DNA of 64,000 nucleotides from Azolla caroliniana (taxonomy: Eukaryota > Plantae > Polypodiophyta). The position numbers were made by a program, and so were the translations under genes. The DNA lies in the NCBI GenBank assembly GCA_043228905.1, contig JBHGNT010000004.1, positions 4,340,001 through 4,404,000 on the forward strand. Direction: 5' to 3'. Numbering within the stretch: the stretch's first letter is position 1; every line of letters starts with the position of its first letter. Positions 59,382 through 64,000 of this stretch are shown one piece after another. Below the pieces are notes generated by a model. The model did no database searches. It saw only the letters and a list, made by a program, of their open reading frames with translations, and had not been told where the DNA came from.

Positions 59382-60116
59382 TGAATAAGAAGATTTTTTA
59401 GCAGGAGATGAAATTACATCCACCTAGTGATTTAGTTACAAAAGCTTTGTTTAAATACCATCCAGCCAAAGGCAACATCCCGTTCCAGTTTTTACAACAC
59501 TAATCTAGAAAATATCATGTATTATTTGTTTAAGATTATAAATAAATGGGAAGTGTAGGTAATGTTGTCTAGCGGAAGTAACTAGTGTGTCTATGTGTAA
59601 GTAAGGCAATCATGAGAGAGAGAGAGAGCTTTGAACAAGAAGATTTATTAGGAGGTGATAAAATTAAATGCACCTAGTGATTTAGTTAGAAAAGGTTGAT
59701 TTCCGAAAACCACTTCGGCACATCCACGTGAGCTGAAACGAAATTGACAATAGACAATCTCATGTATTAAAGAAAAATCTTTGACTTCGATATGGTTTAA
59801 CTTCATCTTCTTGAATATTATATTATTGGTTTAAGATTGTAAAGAAACAGGAAGGGTAGCTGATGTTATGCAGAGGAAATGAGTCGTTCGTGTGTGTGTG
59901 CGTATGTAAGGCAAGCAGGACAACGAGAGAGGGCAAGAGAGAGAGAGAGAGAGAGCTTGGAACTAGAGGATATATTTGCAGGAGATAAAATTACATCCAC
60001 CTAGTGGCTACGTTACAAATTGTTTCTTTAAATACAATATATCTAAGGCAACATCCCTTTCTAGTTTTTCCAAAAATAACCTAGTATATCCGATAGTAGG
60101 TCTTTTACATGATCTT

Positions 60117-60197
60117 CGTGGATAGTAGGATTCGATCCTACGCGAGCGAACCCACATGATTTCTAGTCATGCTCGATAACCACTTTGGCACATCCAC
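60117..60197 (-). pseudogene. tRNA-Ser(AGA) pseudogene
   Basis: B box mutated (GGATCGAATCC) plus several other changes. Confidence 0.75.
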
Positions 60198-60625
60198 GTG
60201 AGGTCAAGCAACATTGAAAATAGACAATCTAATGTATTAAAAAAAATCGTGGACTTCAAAATGGTTTAAATGGATCTTCTTGAATATTCTATCATTGGGT
60301 AAGATTGAAAAGAAATAGGAAGGGTAATTGATGTTGTGCAGAGGAAACAAATCGTGTGTGTGTGTGTGTGTGTGCATAAGGCAAGCAGGAAAGAGACAGA
60401 GAAAGAGAGAGAGAGCTTGGAGGACACAGAGAGAGGGAGAGAGAGACAGAGAGACAGGGAGAGCTCAGGACCAGAAGATATACTAGCAAGAGATAAAATT
60501 ACATCCACCTAGTGACTCAGTTACAAAAGGTTTGTTTGAATATGATCTAATCTAAGAGACCATCCCTTTCTAGTTTTTACAACAATAGTCTAGTATATCC
60601 GACAACAAGTCTTTGACATGATCTT

Positions 60626-60706
60626 CGTAGATGGTAGGATTCGAACCTATGCGAGCGAACCCACATGATTTCTAGTCCTGCCCGATAACCACTCCGGCAC
60701 ATCCAC
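60626..60706 (-). pseudogene. tRNA-Ser(AGA), probable pseudogene
   Basis: Substitutions in acceptor, anticodon, T and variable stems. Confidence 0.65.
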
Positions 60707-60835
60707 ATGGGCCCCAACAACATTGAAAATAGATAATATCATGTATCATTGGTTTAGGATGAAAATAAATGGGAAGCGTACGTGAGGTTGTGTAGTTGAA
60801 GTGACTAGTGTGTCTGTGTGTAAGTAAGCCAATCA

Positions 60836-60870
<35 letters not shown>

Positions 60871-61038
60871 TGAACAAGAAGATTTATTAGCATCCCGTTC
60901 TAGTTTTTACAACACTAGTCTAGTATGTGTAGCAATAGTCCTTCTACATGGTCTTTGTGGATGGTAGCATTCGAACCCACATGATTTTGAGGCATAACGA
61001 GCCTAATATATGTGCCAATTGTCCTTATACAAGACCTT

Positions 61039-61119
61039 CGTGGATGGTAGGATTCGAACCTACGCGGGCGAACCCACAGGATTTCTAGTCATGCCCGATA
61101 ACCACTCCGGCACATCCAC
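61039..61119 (-). tRNA. trnS-AGA: tRNA-Ser(AGA), one anticodon-stem mismatch
   Basis: 80 of 81 nt match the array consensus. Confidence 0.8.
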
Positions 61120-61439
61120 AAGAGGTCAAATGATATTGAAAATTGAAAATATTGTGTATTAAAAAAAATCGTTGACTTCCAAATGGTTTAATTTCAACTT
61201 CTCGAATATCCTATCATTGTTTCATTATCGTATAGAAATGGGAAGCGTAGGTGATGTTGTGCGGAGGAACTAAATTAACTATGTGTCCGTAAGATAAACA
61301 GGAGAGAGAGAGAGAGAGAGCTTGGAACCAGAAGATATATTAGTAGGAGAAAGAGATATCCAATGTAAGGCAACATCCCACTCTAGTTTTTACAACAAGT
61401 AGCCTAGTATATTTGACATTAGGTCTTTTACATCATGTT

Positions 61440-61520
61440 CGTGGGTGGTAGGATTCGAACCTACGCGGGCGAACCCACATGATTTCTAGTCATGCCCGAT
61501 AACCACTTCGGAACATCCAC
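61440..61520 (-). tRNA. trnS-AGA: tRNA-Ser(AGA), 3 substitutions
   Basis: Acceptor mismatch and A-box changes; B box intact. Confidence 0.65.
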
Positions 61521-61964
61521 ATGAGGCCCAATAACATTGAAAATAGAAAATATCATGTATCATTGGTTTAAGATTGTTAATAAATGGGAAGTGGAGGTGT
61601 TGTTGTGCAGCGGAAGTAAGTAGTGTGTCTATGTGTAAGTAAGGAAATCATGAGAGAGAGAGAGAGCTTTGAACAAGAAGATTTATTAGGAGGTGATGAA
61701 ATTAAATGCACCTAGTAATTTAGTTAGAAAGGGTTGATTTCCGATAACCACTTCGGCACATCCACGTGAGCTGAAACGAAATTGAAAATAGACAATCTCA
61801 TGTATTAAAGAAAAATCCTTGACTTCGAAATGGTTTAACCTCATCTTCTTGAATATTCTATTATTGGTTTAAGATTGTTAAGAAACGGGAAGGCTAGCTA
61901 ATGTTGTGCAGAGGAGATGAGTCGTCCGTGTGTGTGCGTACGTAAGACAAGCAGGACAACAAGA

Positions 61965-61999
<35 letters not shown>

Positions 62000-62132
62000 C
62001 AGAACTAGAAGATATATTTGCAAGAGATAAAATTACATCCACCTAGTGACTATATTACAAACTGTTTGTTTAAATACAATATAATCTAAGGCAACATCCC
62101 TTTCTAGCTTTTACAAAAATAGCCATGATCTT

Positions 62133-62213
62133 CGTGGATGGTAGGATTCGAACCTACGCGGGCAAACCCACATGATTTCTAGTCATGCCCGATAACCACT
62201 CCGGCACATCCAC
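62133..62213 (-). tRNA. trnS-AGA: tRNA-Ser(AGA), apparently intact
   Basis: All stems pair; only a variable-arm change; TTTTT terminator ~13 nt downstream. Confidence 0.9.
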
Positions 62214-62602
62214 ATGAGGCCCAACAACATTGAAAATAGATATATATCATGTATCATTGGTTTAGGATGAAAATAAATGGGAAGCATACGCGATGTTGTG
62301 CAGCTGAAGTGACTAGTGTGTCTGTGTGTAAGTAAGGCAATTAACAAAGAGACATAGCTTTGAACAAGAAGATCTATTAGCAAGTGATAAAAATACGTAC
62401 ACCAAGTGATTTAGTTACGAAAGGTTGGTTTAAATACCATGTAACCTAAGACAACATCCCGTTCTAGTTTTTACAACACTAGTCTAGTATGTGTGACAAT
62501 AGTCCTTGTACATGGTCTTTGTGGATGGTAGCATTCAAACCCACATGATTTCGAGGCATAACTAGCCTAATATATATGACAATTGTCCATATACAAGACC
62601 TT

Positions 62603-62683
62603 CGTGCATGGTAGGATTCGAACCTACGCGGGCGAACCCACATGATTTCTAGTCATGCCCGATAACCACTCCGGCACATCCAC
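62603..62683 (-). tRNA. trnS-AGA: tRNA-Ser(AGA), one acceptor-stem mismatch
   Basis: 80 of 81 nt match the array consensus. Confidence 0.8.
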
Positions 62684-62994
62684 GTGAGGTCAAATAACAT
62701 TGAAAATAGAAAATATTGTGTATTAAAGAAAAATCATTGACTTCCAAATGGTTGAACTTCATCTTCTCGAATATCCTATCATTGTTACAAGATCATAAAG
62801 AAATGGGAAGCGTAGGTGATGTTGTGCAGAGGAAGTACTATATGTACGTAAGATAAGCAGGAGAGAGAGAGAGTGCTTTTAACCAGAAAATATATTAGTA
62901 GGAGAAAGAGATATCCAATGAAAGGCAACATCCGTCTCTAGTTTTTACAACAAGTAGCCTAGTATATTTGACATTAGGTCTTTTACACAATGTT

Positions 62995-63075
62995 GGTGGG
63001 TGGTAGGATTCGAACCTACGCAGACGAACCCACATGATTTGTAGCCATGCCTGAGAACCACTACGGCACATCCAC
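62995..63075 (-). pseudogene. tRNA-Ser-derived pseudogene with anticodon ACA
   Basis: Loop CT-ACA-AA; variable arm, D arm and discriminator also mutated. Confidence 0.75.
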
Positions 63076-63692
63076 ATGAGGCCCAATAACATTGAAAATA
63101 GAAAATATCAAGTATCATTTGTTTAAGATTGTTAATAAATGGGAAGTGTAGGTGATGGTATGCAGCAGAAGTAAGTAGTGTTTCTATGTGTAAGTAAGGA
63201 AATCATGAGAGAGAGAGAGAGCTTTGAACAAGAAGATTTATTAGGAGGTGATGAAATTAAATGCACCTAGTGATTTAGTTAGAAAAGGTTGATTTCCGAT
63301 AACCGCTTCGGCACATCCACGTGAGCTGAAACGAAATTGAAAATAGAGAATCTCATGTATTAAAGAAAAATCGTTGACTCCGAAATGGTTTAACTTCATC
63401 TTCTTGAATATTCTATTATTGGTTTAAGATAGCAAAGAAACGGGAAGGGTAGCTGATGTTGTGCAGAGGAAATGAGTCGTCCGTGTGTGTGCGTACGTAA
63501 GGCAAGCAGGAAAACGAGAGAGGGAGAGAGAGAGAGAGAGAGCTTAGAACTAGAAGATATATTTGCAGGAGATAAAATTACATCGACCTAGTGACTATGT
63601 TACAAACTGTTTGTTTAAATACAATATCATCTAAGGCAATATCCCTTTCTAGCTTTTACAAAAATAGCCTTGTAGGTCTTCTACATGATCTT

Positions 63693-63773
63693 TGTGGATG
63701 GTAGGATTCGTACCTACGCGGGTGAACCCACATGATTTCTAGTCATGCCCGATAACCACTCCTGCACATCCAC
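63693..63773 (-). pseudogene. tRNA-Ser(AGA), probable pseudogene
   Basis: B box GGTACGAATCC; D-stem and discriminator changes. Confidence 0.7.
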
Positions 63774-63903
63774 ATGAGGCCCAACAACATTGAAAATAGA
63801 TATATATAATGTATCATTGGTTTAGGATGAAAATAAATGGGAAGCGTACGTGATGTTGTGCAGTTGAAGTGACTAGTGTGTCTGTGTGTAAGTAAGCCAA
63901 TCA

Positions 63904-63942
<39 letters not shown>

Positions 63943-64000
63943 TGAACAAGAAGATCTATTAGCAAGTGGTAAAAATACGTCCACCTAGTGATTTAGTTAC

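Larger units (their letters stand above)
59000..64000 (-). repeat. Tandem tRNA-Ser array with a ~1.56-kb higher-order repeat, continuing past the window end
   Basis: 9 full-length copies and 5 fragments separated by related spacers containing (GA)n and aaattacatccacctagtga. Confidence 0.92.

Overview
Eukaryotic, plant-type repetitive DNA with no host protein-coding gene. The element mix (GA microsatellites, an RTEX-like LINE, non-chromoviral Ty3/gypsy) suggests a non-seed plant such as a fern, which is inference only. Bases 1-57,300 are a deep nest of LTR retrotransposons: three Ty1/copia pieces; a degenerate Ty3/gypsy that may host the nest; several tRNA-Trp-primed Ty3/gypsy elements (one nearly intact, one gag-only, three RT-deleted) that make 4-bp target duplications centred on CG; and a young Athila/Tat-like element with three LTRs and a large extra ORF. 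A hAT-type MITE and a 5'-truncated LINE follow. From ~59,000 to the end is a tandem tRNA-Ser(AGA) gene/pseudogene array with a ~1.56-kb higher-order repeat. The top finding is that the Athila/Tat-like family has no polypurine tract. In its place is a conserved copy of a tRNA-Arg 3' end (...GTCCCACGGGCGTGCCA) 2 nt from U3, suggesting that both cDNA strands are tRNA-primed. All tRNA identities were assigned from remembered plant tRNA sequences, not from a search.
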